NCBI GenBank assembly: GCA_951406725.2
Contig: OX597817.1
Span: 112,530,001-112,594,000 of the forward strand
Origin: Octopus vulgaris
Lineage: Eukaryota
Direction of reading: 5' to 3'
DNA: 64,000 nt
Made by a program: the position numbers and the translations under genes. Under the pieces are notes generated by a model. The model searched no databases and had not been told where the DNA came from. It worked only from the letters and a program-made list of their open reading frames with translations. Of this stretch, positions 27,560 to 39,620 are shown piece by piece; within the stretch, counting starts at the first letter, position 1, and every line of letters starts with the position of its first letter.

Positions 27560-29060
27560 TATTAAATTTAAAGTAATTTCAAAGTAAATTTGTGGATTTT
27601 TCACTTTCATGATAAGACGTTATATTAAATGAAAGGCTGAACTGAGTTTTTTTCTCTATATAGTTTACAGATTTCATAGGGATTTCAATGTACTTCAATT
27701 TTTCAACAAAACCTACAGAGCTTTTTCGTAATAGATGAATAAAACGGAAATATAAGTTTGAAGAGGAATTAGAAATTGTGAAATTGTACGAAATGGGGAA
27801 GATTACGTTAGACATTATAAGAATATATTTAAATTCATTTGATGAAATAGTTGGAAAAAGGAAAAATAATCATAAATTATAATATTCATTATACTAGAAC
27901 TGAGATAGAAAAGGAAAGTATACATGTCGTGAGACGTAGCCTAACCAACACTGTGTACTACTCGTATCGCAAACCTAATGAAATTTCAAACTGTACCTAT
28001 AAGCAACATAACCATTTCAAAGTTAATAATCTGGTTAAAATATTTTTCTTAGACTTCATTCAAAAAAGAAAGATGCTCTGTAACATCCACGTATGATAAC
28101 AAAACACTTAACAGAACTGGTTTTGCTGTCAAAAAAATGAAGTACATTGAAGTTTTTATGCGATCGGTAAGCCATAAAAATAGCACTTAGTTTAATCCTT
28201 CTGCCAATGAATCCTCATCATCATAATAGATAAAATGCTGTTCGAATTGCTTCAGATATACTTTTGCCCCAGGATGAGAATTATATAAAATCTTCAATAA
28301 AACAGCATTTAAAATCACTTTATCTAATATTGCTCAAATTCTTGCCTCATCAAATCTTTCTAAATTGAATCACCTCAACACCAGCCAAACTACTCATATT
28401 TGTTTGAAATTGCATCAACTCCATTACGTGGTTCTTTAATTGTAATTGTTTTGCTAAAGTATAGTATACCAATATGCCATACAAATCAATAACTGATCTG
28501 AAGCATGCACTAATTTCAGCTCAATCCATTTAAACCCTTAAACTTCATTTCAATACGCATGCATTCTGGAATCCCCTCCGAAGAAACTTCACTTCGATTT
28601 CTAACTACATCTGAAACTCGGAGACTAATAATGAGCACTGTAACATTTTCTCTAAAGCAAACTCATTCATCAGAAACAAAAGAACTTGCGGTCTCTGCAC
28701 AACTAAGAGCGACAAAAGCATTTTTGTCTAAGTTCTACCAGCACCCTTCTACTCCAGAACAAAAAGAGAAAAACGCCCAGAAAGAATTCCGTCTTACCAA
28801 CATAAAATGCTAAAGTTCTTTTTCTAATGTAAACAGCATTGTAGTCACTCTGACCTACTGTGTAACTATTTTAACTACCAACACTGTTAGGCAGCTCCCA
28901 ACAAGTACTCGCAAAGTATGTATTTTTCTTAACGCCATTTATGATCTCAAGAAGCATTTTTGACCTTTTACATTCCCAAATAGGTAATCTTATATTGTAA
29001 TCTCACGCTCCAAACACATTAATGACACCCTACCATTCTAGATCCCATCTGCACTTTCTC
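27560..29060 (-). mobile_element. Very old L1/Tx1-like LINE remnant
   Basis: Scattered degenerate motifs on the minus strand (xDHK-like endonuclease end, PG..I..AI, RKFD-like). No open frame. Confidence 0.3.
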
Positions 29061-29228
29061 TTTCCTATTTTCATTGATTGGTGCAGGCATGACTGTATGG
29101 TAAAGAAGCTCACTTTGCAATCACGTAATTTCGGGGTCTATCCCACTGCGTGGCACCTTGGGCGTCTTATATAATAGTCTCGAGCTTTGTGAATGAATTT
29201 GGTTGACGCAAACTGTGTTGAAGCCCGT

Positions 29229-29260
<32 letters not shown>

Positions 29261-29639
29261 CGTACGTGTCTTTGTGTCTGTGCTTGTCACCCCTCCTCGA
29301 CAATCAATATTAGTTAGTTTACGTCCCAGTAACTTAGTAATTCAGCAAAAGGGTTCGATAGAATAAGTACTAGACTTATAAAAAATAAGTAATGGGATTT
29401 GTTTGACTAAACTCTTCAAGCTGTGCCCTAGCAAGGTTGCTGTCCAATAGCTGAAACAAATAAAATATCCTTTACTTCACAAAGTTATTCCTACGATTCT
29501 GTTCTAGTTCTCGAACTTAGATTCATACATTTAAATTTATTTCTAACTTTTATTCCTTCCGTATTTGCTTTATTTATTAATGTATAACCGCTCATTTAGT
29601 ATTTCACATATTCATGCAGATACCCTGCACACTACATTT

Positions 29640-30920
29640 TTCTTTGTGTATGTGTTTTTATTTGGTGAGTTTGAAGGAAGGAGCAGTATCCATGATCTTT
29701 GAGGCCCTCACTGACCGGTTTACTTGTTGCCGTAAATATTCCGTTTAAACTCGTATCTTTCCTGTAGGTCAACAACTGCAGAAAGAAGATTCTTCCTGCA
29801 CGAATCGGAAGAAGATTCGAGAGAACTGATGTCCTGAAGAGGGGAACTAGACAAAATGGTCAGTGCAGAGTCGAGGCGTTGGACGAAACAAGGGTGACGA
29901 GAGTGGAGACATAAGTTCTTTGGGATGTCTGAACGGTAGAGGTGCGAGACCAGCCAACTCTGAGGAACAGAGGACATTATAGCAGCGATAAAATGACCGA
30001 GAAAGGACACGGTACGCCTGTGGTCCAGAAATTAGGGGAGTGTGTCTATTAATGATTGAATGCCTGTCAATCAAGCGGTCCAGGACGTGGTTTGTAGCAG
30101 CGGGACCGTTCCAGATGTGAGTGCAGTGCATAGTCCTACTTGCACCTTACAGAGTGTCAGCAACTGTTGGGCACTGAAGAGAAAGACAAATTTTGGGGAT
30201 GCGGCCGTAGCTAAACTAAGAATGTACTTTCGTCAGGAGAGATCTTCAGTGATAGTGTGACTCTGCACTTGGAGTAACCATGGGAACACTGAGTAGCACT
30301 CATTAGTAGTAGTGGTGGTGTGGGCTGTCGTGTAATATTATTTTCTTGATATGAGTAGTTCCTAACTTTTCCTTTTTCTGATTTCTCTGTTAAAGGAATC
30401 AAGGTTGGTGTAGCCCCACTGAAAAATGTTCTCAAGGTCTTCATTCATAAAATCAGTGCAAGTTTGGTGTGTGATATGTAGGTTGGATGTAAATGATGCA
30501 CGGTCCATTAAAGTTAGGGAGAAAAGAAGGATTGTGTTAGTTGCATAAGAGTGGAAATTTTGAATTTGGTGGTGAGTTGATCATTGATGTATAGAAGGAA
30601 GAGAGTGGAAGACAAAATCGAACCCTGGATAACTCCAGAGTTGACTGAAATTGGTGTAGAAAGAGTTCTGTCATCACGAGTCGCTATGACGCGATCTGAT
30701 AGAAAGCTAGCGACTCGGGAAAAGAGAAACAGCTGAAGCCTATAGGCGGAAAGATTCGATGGGAAATTTACATGTCAGATATAGCCGAAGGCTTTGCTGA
30801 TGTCTAATACAACAATATTGTTTTCACCTAACATCTCTAAAGTGAGAACTCACTGGTGAGTGACATAAGAGAAGAGATCTACAGTGGATCTTGGCTCCAC
30901 GGAAGCCGTACTGGTGGTCA
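29640..30920 (-). mobile_element. 5'-truncated jockey/CR1-group LINE (RT pseudogene and 3' end)
   Basis: Minus-strand motifs GENNIVVLDISKAF, SFLSDRVI...VNSGVIQGSILSSTLFLLYIND, HCTHIWNG, FYRCYNVLCSSELA, with multiple frameshifts. Confidence 0.85.
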
Positions 30921-32596
30921 CTGAGGGGAGAGAAAGGAGAGAGGGAAGGGGAGGGATAGAAGGTGAAAGAGGGGAAGAGGGAGGAGGAGAAGAGAGAAAG
31001 AGGAAAAGAGAAAGAGAGAGAGAGAGGAAAAGAGAAGGAGAAAAAGAGAATTATTCTGGGTTGATGACTGTCTTCACTAACTTAGAGATGTTAGAAGCGA
31101 AAGGAATAGAACGATTGTTGGCTGGATTAGGGGGTTGCCTCTCTTTGGAATGGGGCACAGTGAAGTATATATGTGTGTGTGTGTGTGTATTTATGTGTGT
31201 GTGTGAGAAAGAGTCTGAATCGAGATTCATTGAAGAAGGTCAATCACTGAACAATTTACTGGCGTGAGAGAGCAGAGAGGTGCAAAGAAGGAGACTGGTG
31301 TAGTATTTGCAGTAAAGAAGTCCAAAGTCACAAGGTTAAAGAGCTCATGTTTAAGAGAACAATCAAGCGTTGGCATAACTCGAAATCGAGTTGCTGCCCT
31401 CATATGTTTGTATATGTTTATGTATATTTACATGTATTTTTATATATATTTCTTTCTGAAACATTTATGCCATATTCAAGGATATCCATTTCAGTATATT
31501 TTGGCATCTTTGAATACTTTGGAAATGCATTCTACATCTAATTTTATTCCGCCCTTTTAATTGTATTGCTTTATACAGCTACATCAATACAACTAGATGA
31601 AGTGGCACATTAATGGATTTCTTTTTCGAGACATATTCACATATATGTCTTTTGCATATTTTGCTTTCAATTTCCTTACTTTTCTCGTTTTTAATACTTT
31701 TTCTCCTGTTTTATCCGAAGCAAAATCTTACGTTAAAAACAAAAGGCCTTACAAACCTTATCGGTAATTTGCCTTCGTAAAATCACTTTTCGAAGTAACT
31801 TTCCAATAGATAACACATACCTTCGTTTTGTCCCTATTTTCCAAGCTTAAGTTGATATTCTTTACTTTTTTCAGTATATTTTCTAAAGTATTTTCTAATC
31901 GTCTAATTTAATGAATACGTATTAAATTTAAATTCTGATATCATCTTCATTTTATACCGTTATCTAATTCTTTGACTTAACTAAGCTGGAATATATCTAT
32001 AATACTATTCCGACTCATGTGAGTTCCTTAACAGTTATAATTTAATGAATACTATTCTGACTTCATTACAACTAATCCACGGCAAGCTTAACATTCTTAC
32101 GATATCTATTGTGTAACGTCACGACTTCGTACAACGTCACAACTTCACAACTTTTTGGTATTCTGACTAGATTTTATAATCCACAAATACACTTATGTAT
32201 TTCACTGTTACTCACTTTAAAAACTATTGATTTAAGCTTGAGCGATCAAAATTATTAGCACGTCGTAAATTTAGGTACGCTGAATGCTTAAACTGTTGTA
32301 TGAGCTACCTTCTTTATGTATCAACCAAAACTCTCTCGTTCTTTTTTAAAAAATCTAAGTCACCAAACTATTCGCCATTAGCCTTTATGGTAATAAAAAA
32401 TTCATCTCTCATTATCTCTTCCTCTTACGTAGCTATCTTTTATTTCTATTTACTTCTCAATATGCATATAAGCACATAGATGTGTTGAGATTTATCATTG
32501 TTTGATTACACTTTTTCAATATCAGTGTCAATCAATACAGGAAAAAGTATATGTATTTGTGAAGGGAACCTACTTCTCATCGATAACTGTGATTGT

Positions 32597-32641
32597 CACA
32601 CGCCGATGACGGGTCAATACCCTGAAACTCGAGTCCGTGTG
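32597..32641 (+). ncRNA. Minimal type-I hammerhead ribozyme motif (Penelope-type), variant core
   Basis: CACACG-CCGATGA-c-GGGT-CAAT-ACCC-t-GAAA-CTCGAG-TC-CGTGTG: perfect 6-bp stem I, stem II hairpin, palindromic stem III, GUC cleavage triplet. It has U4->C and one stem II mismatch. Confidence 0.72.
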
Positions 32642-32869
32642 TATCATAAGTTGAAGACGGAAAGGATGGCTTCTCTTTGCAAATACTGATAGGACACAGA
32701 AAGTGTGTCTATAGCCAGCTGGAGGAGGTGTCCTCCCGGGGCTAAAAACTACAGTAGCATCCACCCTTAGGGGTTAGTCATATTCAAATGGCAAATATAC
32801 GTCACGATGTGTTGCTGCTACTGTTTATAACACGCTCTGAGATTTATCATAATATATCTATATATATAC

Positions 32870-32875
<6 letters not shown>

Positions 32876-32938
<63 letters not shown>

Positions 32939-32976
32939 CATATACATATATATATAGGGAGAGAGAGAGAGAACGG

Positions 32977-33054
<78 letters not shown>
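32876..33054 (+). repeat. (TA)n-(GA)n-(GATA)n microsatellite
   Basis: Direct inspection. Confidence 0.95.
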
Positions 33055-33055
<1 letters not shown>

Positions 33056-34831
33056 CTTGGTAGATAGATAAATATTCATCATCAGCTGCTGAATCAACTG
33101 ACTTAAATTTATTTTCTAATTTAACAAACCTTGAAAAGGCAAATAACTACCTGACCCATAGTCTTTAGTGGTGACCACGTGCGCGCTAATAAAGCAATGA
33201 GATGGTTTCTTAAAAGGATGTTCACCTTTAAACGTGAAATCCAAAGATGGCCAAAGAACAAAAATGGATAGTTTTCATATTTTGGCAGTGAAATTGCTGC
33301 AATATTAAACTTTATTACGACAAAGTTTCCTTCTTAGAGGAAACGCAAGTCAGTGTGTGTGTGTATGTGTGTGTACACGTATGTGCATGTTTGTCTTTCT
33401 AATTTAAGCAGACGACAGGTAGCTTTGAGAGGAATAGTAAATCGATACTAGCGACCCCAGTAATTGACATTATTTTATCAATCACGAAAGATGAACGATG
33501 AAGTTGATTATAGAGAGAATTGAAGTCAGAATGTAAAGAGTCGGAACAAGTGCTGTAAAACAGTTTATCCGATACTCTAAAGATTTTCCCAACCATGACT
33601 AAAAATCTGTAAGACAAACATTTACAAAACATTATGTATTATTATTCGCCATCCCATACAAATTGTTTCAATCCTGTTTATTTGGATCTATAAACCACAT
33701 CATTGATTAAATTCAGTTATAAAATATTTACATTTCTGTCGTAAAACCAATACATTTCTATTCATTACATCTTACGCTATCTTCCTGTTTTCTTGAACAG
33801 TTGTTCAGTCACCATTATTGACCAAAGTGTTGCCTCATATTTCACAGTGACATGGTTTTTCCTCCATTTTGCATACGTTCATAGCTATTTAAATTTTTAC
33901 TACTGATAAAAGTTTTCTTACTTATTTCATAGTAATACTCTTGTCTTCCCGTGCGTATTTTTTATGTCATCAAAGATTACATAAGTCACAATGGAACGGT
34001 TTCTTTTTCTCCAGTGTAACTAAGTTGTGAATAAGATTCAAATAATGAATAAAATATTTCCCACATATAATCACAGTCATAGTAGTTTTGTCCAGAGCGT
34101 ATTATTTTCTGTTTTTAAAATGCTATTATAGACAAAAAAATTTCACACATATTTAGCAGTAGCCGTGTTTTACCTCTTGTGTATTTCCTTGAGGATGACG
34201 ACGTTATGTCTTGAAGACAATGTAGTCTTTCAAATCTTTCAAGTGTTCTAGCAAGTGTTTCACTAGGTAAAGGATTTCCCACACTGTACTATCCTACATA
34301 TATGCCATTTTAGATCAAGAAGCACTAAATTTCTAGATTTCTTTTCTGTTGTTGTCATAGTTTGCTATTTATTAATTTTGTTCCAGATATTTTCAAATTT
34401 AGTGTACTGACGTAATTTTGTATGCTACTTATGAAAATGACTTTCATTTCCATCATAAATTAATAAATAACATGTTGATAGCTTTTAAAGTTTGCAAATT
34501 TTGGGGATTTTAGCCAATCGAAAGCCAAAGACACAGTGGTGCCTGTTACCATAGTAAAAAGCCAAACTGTCTGCTGAAAACTACTACAACCACTACGTGT
34601 ATTTTCTTTACCTATTTTCTTTGACGAATACATATATTCTGAACTTTTGTTTTTGAATTTTCGCTACAAAAAATATATTAATTATTTACATGAACTGAAC
34701 TTTTACTACAGCATAACGTACAGTAATTTTTCGCAAACAGATTTTATTGAGGAATTCTCCTTTCTAAATTGTTTACAATCCTGTTTGAACGTTTGTTTTG
34801 AATTATTTCATCAGAGAGAAAAAAGACTTAT

Positions 34832-35659
34832 GGGTCTTTTTTGTTGCTGTCACAGTTTTTGAAATTTTAAAATTAAGTAAAAAATTTTTAATTTGGTATA
34901 GTGATGTAATATTTCACGCTGAATTTGATTTTTTAATTCACTTGTCCCAGAAAAATGCTCATTAAAAATATGTGACTGTTTGATTAACCTCAGGTCATCC
35001 ACTGATCGGACTGATCCTAAACCATAACATTAATCCTAAACCCTGATTCTAACCCTAAATCCCAACCCTAAACTCTAATTCTGACCCTAAACCCAAATTC
35101 TAACCCTAAAACCAAACTCTAAACCCTTACTCTAATCCTAAATCCCCAACCCTAATTCCAACCTTAAACACTAACTCTAGCCTTAAACCCTAAGCCCTAG
35201 TTCTAAATCTAAACCCCAACCCTAAACCCCAACGTACAATTTTTTTGTTTTGTAATATTTCGCCAAAAGATTTCGTTGGAGAATTTTTCCTTTTTAAATC
35301 ATATTTTACATGGCTGTTTGACCGTTTCACGTGATTTTATTCATCAAAATTTATCAAAAGTTCAAAACTTCTTGCAACTTTCATTGTCGTAATGTTTTTC
35401 TTTCATTATGTATAAAAAAAATTCGTCCTCTTAATGTGTTGCTTTCATGCAGAGAATGTCAGCTTCCAAATCCTGTTTACTGATTGCGTAAAAATTATCA
35501 AACCTTAAACCTCTGTAATATTCCCCTAAAAATTTTCTGGAACAACTAAATAGCAAAATCAGATTCACAGTAAAAAAATTACAACAATGTATCAAATTTT
35601 TAAAAAATCCATTTAATTTTAAAATTACTAAAACTGTGACAGCAATAGAAAACACCTGA
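34832..35659. mobile_element. Inverted-repeat element with a degenerate telomere-like core
   Basis: TTGCTGTCACAGTTTTTGAAATTTTAAAATTAA (~34845-34877) is inverted at ~35613-35646 and encloses the CCCTAA-like tract. Confidence 0.5.
35015..35233 (+). repeat. Degenerate (TAACCC)n interstitial telomere-like repeat
   Basis: ~6-nt periodic CTAACCCTAAA/CCCTAA variants over ~220 bp. Confidence 0.8.
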
Positions 35660-36123
35660 TTTTCATACAACTAAACTTCGTAATGTCCGTCAGCAAATTC
35701 GAAGTTCAGATGTTGAACGTAGTTGGACAGCAATTGCAAAAAATTTGCTTCTTTCATCGACAGCCAAGTGTTGGATGTTAATGCGCTGAAAGCCAGAATA
35801 AATTTTATATCAATGCTTAAGTTACAAAAATAAACAATTTAGCAAAATTAAATGTAAAAAAGTGAATAAATAAAACATAAGTGTTACGTCGCCAATTTCG
35901 TCGGGCAATTTAATTGTTTGATGAAAGCTGCATCTCTAAATTTGCTGTAGTGCTCTACAAGGATTCAGCTGAAGCTCGCTTAGCAACTACATGGTTTCGG
36001 ATTCAGTCCCGAAAGTGACATTCACTAACACCCCGGATGCGAAAGTTTTTTTTCCCACGACAGTTCTGGACCCCAGTAATGAATTCATTTGCATACACCC
36101 AATCAGACCGTGTCAACTTATCA

Positions 36124-36415
36124 AACACACTCTACCAAGTAAACTCAAGACGAAGAACGGTATTCTAAGTCGACCGATCGTCAAGTTATACCTGATTTTA
36201 GAAGGAGACAAGTTATTTAGATAAATTTGAATCTATACCTATCATCTATACCTATCATTTGTTAGGGCCCTATATGGTAATGATGTAGACTGGAAAAAAT
36301 GAAGGTAGAGGGTGATGTGCTAGCAACCCTCTCCTTACTGTTTTACTATGTAAACAACAATACAAATAACTACGCAAAGGCAGCCATGGTTGAAACAAGA
36401 ACGAGAACAATAAGC
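36124..36415 (+). repeat. Dispersed repeat copy 1 containing a BEL/Pao pol C-terminal fragment
   Basis: Encodes KLKTKNGILSRPIVKLYLILE (cf. BEL/Pao DUF5641 end, KTxxGxLxRPIxKL). Clearly similar to 44953-45235. Confidence 0.6.
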
Positions 36416-36737
36416 CAGTTCTATATTTAAGAGATGAGGAATTATGTTCAATATTTACATTTGACGGATATTTGTCCTCATCTTGTTTGTTGTTAACACA
36501 ACATTTCGGCTGATATTCCCTCCAGCCTTCTTCAGGTGTCTTGGGGAAATTTTGAACCTGGGTTCTCATTCCTAAGGTACTTTTCGATGTTCTTTTCCTT
36601 CTTCTTTTTCTTCTTCTTCTTCTTCTTGTTATTATTATTCAGGCCACTGCTTGGAATCGAACTCGGAATCTTGGGGTTAGTAGCTCGTGCTCTTAACAAC
36701 TACGCCATATGCCACGGGCATATGGCGTAGTGGTTAA
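36416..36737 (-). mobile_element. tRNA-headed short retroelement carrying a hammerhead motif, with a short 5' inverted duplication
   Basis: Minus strand: GCATATGGCGTAGTTGTTAAG (A box)...GAGTTCGATTCC (B box), (AAT)/(AAG)n spacer, hammerhead at 36496-36539. Palindrome TTAACAACTACGCCATATGCC-AC-GGGCATATGGCGTAGTGGTTAA at 36693-36737. The junction with the neighbouring repeat is at TAAGC|CAGTT. Confidence 0.7.
36496..36539 (-). ncRNA. Minimal type-I hammerhead ribozyme motif
   Basis: Minus strand ACAC-CTGAAGA-a-GGCTG-GAGGGAATAT-CAGCC-GAAA-TG-TT-GTGT. Intact CUGANGA and GAAA boxes. Stem III probably derives from AACGTT by CpG decay. Confidence 0.7.
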
Positions 36738-36838
36738 ATAATAAGGCACTAAGAGAGAATGACTCTCTCCTGACACAACAAAATATGCTTCAACACACGA
36801 ACTCACATACAGAATCTTGCAAACCAAATCCCAAAACG

Positions 36839-36910
<72 letters not shown>

Positions 36911-36957
36911 ATATGCGTGCGTGTGTGTATACATACATACACACACACATACATACA

Positions 36958-36989
<32 letters not shown>

Positions 36990-37235
36990 CATACATACAT
37001 ACATACATACATACATACATACATACATACATACATACATACATACATACATTCCAACCACATGGTTCCGGGTTCCGGCTACTATAACCTCGGGCCGATC
37101 AAAGCCTTGTGAGTGGATTTAGTAGACGGAAACTGAAAGAAGCCCGTCATATACACATACACACACACACACACATATATATATATAAATTAACAGAATG
37201 AGATAAAAATCCCAAGGCTGAAAATTTATAAATAG

Positions 37236-37283
37236 GTCTTACAGCTGTTTTCGAAATATTTTATATATCCCTTCATCCGAGAC
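37236..37283 (-). ncRNA. Degenerate minimal hammerhead ribozyme motif (CAGCTG stem III family)
   Basis: Minus strand GTCT-CGGATGA-a-GGGATAT-ATAAA-ATATTTC-GAAAA-CAGCTG-TA-AGAC. A 3' half-copy GAAACAGCTGTAAGACC occurs at 3538-3554 (+). Confidence 0.6.
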
Positions 37284-37551
37284 TGTGCGAGAAAATGGTT
37301 AAGCAATAGTTAGTCTAGATAAGATATGAAATAGAGAGTGAAGTGGAGGAATGAAAATAGACGTAAGATATGCAAGTATATTGTATCTTCAGTTCCATTA
37401 TTTAGTTCCATATATGTGTGTGTGTGTGTCTGTGTTTGCCCCCCCCCCCCACTATCGCTTAACAACCGATGCTGGTGTATTTACGTCCCCGTAACTTAGT
37501 GGTTCGGCAAAAGATGCCGATAGAATTAGTACTAAGAATAAAAGAATATAT

Positions 37552-37853
<302 letters not shown>

Positions 37854-39423
37854 AACATGCTTCAACACACAAACTCACATAAAGAATCTTGCAAACCAAA
37901 TCCCAAAACGAAATATATATATATATATAACATAATGTGTATATAAGTTCGTGGATGCTCCCCATTTATGATTATTTCTCCACTGCAAGCTCTGACAAAC
38001 CAACACAGATATACAGACATGTTTTATAGCATGCAATTATTATTCAATTTCCTCCGCTGAAAATCACGCCAGCATCTATTACGAAGACAAGACGTAGGTT
38101 GAAGAGACTGTCACATTATCGCACAGCCCCCGCCCGACGTTGGCGACAAGAATAACAGCCTTGCTAAGCTTTTTCTCCATCCCTTCTTTATTTTAATATC
38201 AAAATATTGCTTTACTTTCCTTCCTCCTCCTTTTTCTTTTCTTTTTTTTGGGTAGGTTATCTCCTGGCCAGTAATAATTTATGAGACTATGAGAAGCTAA
38301 TTATCTTTTTGAGTGACTGTTAAAACGAAATAATCGTTCAGAAAAAGAAAAAAAGTCGGGGAAATTTCGTAAAAAAAAAAAAGGAAAATCGAGAGAAGCG
38401 AATGGAGCAAAAGAGAAAGGTTTTAGCATGTGAGAGACAATTAGAGTAAACAGATAGATGAAAATAGCTGGGAAGGTGAGTGTAGAAAGTGGAGAGAAAT
38501 AACTAGTTAACAAACAAAAATCATTTCGAATAATGGCAAGAAATTAGTTGACAACATCAATAGATGTATGTCGGATGACCACGCTATTTTTTTCTAAAAT
38601 TCAGTTTGGGTAGAAAAAGAAAACTAAAAAAATTCTGATTAATTGGATAAAACACCAAACGTGAATTCGAATCGTGTTTATGTGGAAAACTAAATAAATG
38701 CATGTAAATGCATACATATGTACGTGTGGTAATGAATTAGAAAGTTCTTTCTTTCTTTCAATTATTTTCTTTGCTATCAGCTTGAATCTGAATAGTGTTA
38801 AGCCCATGGAGCTACGTAGAAAAAAACAAACAAAACAAAACAAAATTCATTGCAAACTATCTGGAAGGCTTAGTTTTTTCCTCAATATTCCTTAAGCTTT
38901 GCGAGATGTCACAGTTTACTGATAGACTTAAAATTCTTCGACTAAATGACATTAACAGAAGAAATACTACCAATTCCAATGGGAGTTAAGCAAAGTTGAA
39001 TTCATGAAATCCATTGGTGATCAATCAATATTAAAGGGTTAACACAAAACAAGCTGTCAGCTTATTTGGGTAACTATTCATCACTAGTTGTGACGCACAC
39101 TAGAAATATTTTCCAGACAGAAAAGAAAGACAAAAAATGTGTCTAGACTTTCTATAATGTCTAGAAAACGGTGTACACAGTCATGACATGTATCCAAATG
39201 AACATATATATATATATATATATATATATACGTCTACATGCATACACACACACGCATGCATACAAATACATACATAAAAATATACATACATGCATACATA
39301 CATACATACATACATACATACATACATACATACATACACAGATCCACACTCATATATAAGTCAAACATGTTCACTTGTATGCATGTAGTTTTCTAGACGC
39401 TGCTCATTTATCATCATCATAAC

Positions 39424-39515
<92 letters not shown>

Positions 39516-39620
39516 CAGACGGATGGATGGATGGATGGATGGATGGATGGATGGATGGATGGACGGACGGACGGACGGACGGACGGACGGACGGACGGAC
39601 GGATGGACGTCGGACGGACG
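39424..39620 (+). repeat. Compound tetranucleotide repeat (GATA)n-(GGAT)n-(GGAC)n
   Basis: Direct inspection. Confidence 0.95.

Noticed and set aside
35015-35233. True telomere or chromosome-fusion site
   Set aside because: Highly degenerate, single orientation, short, and embedded between inverted repeats.
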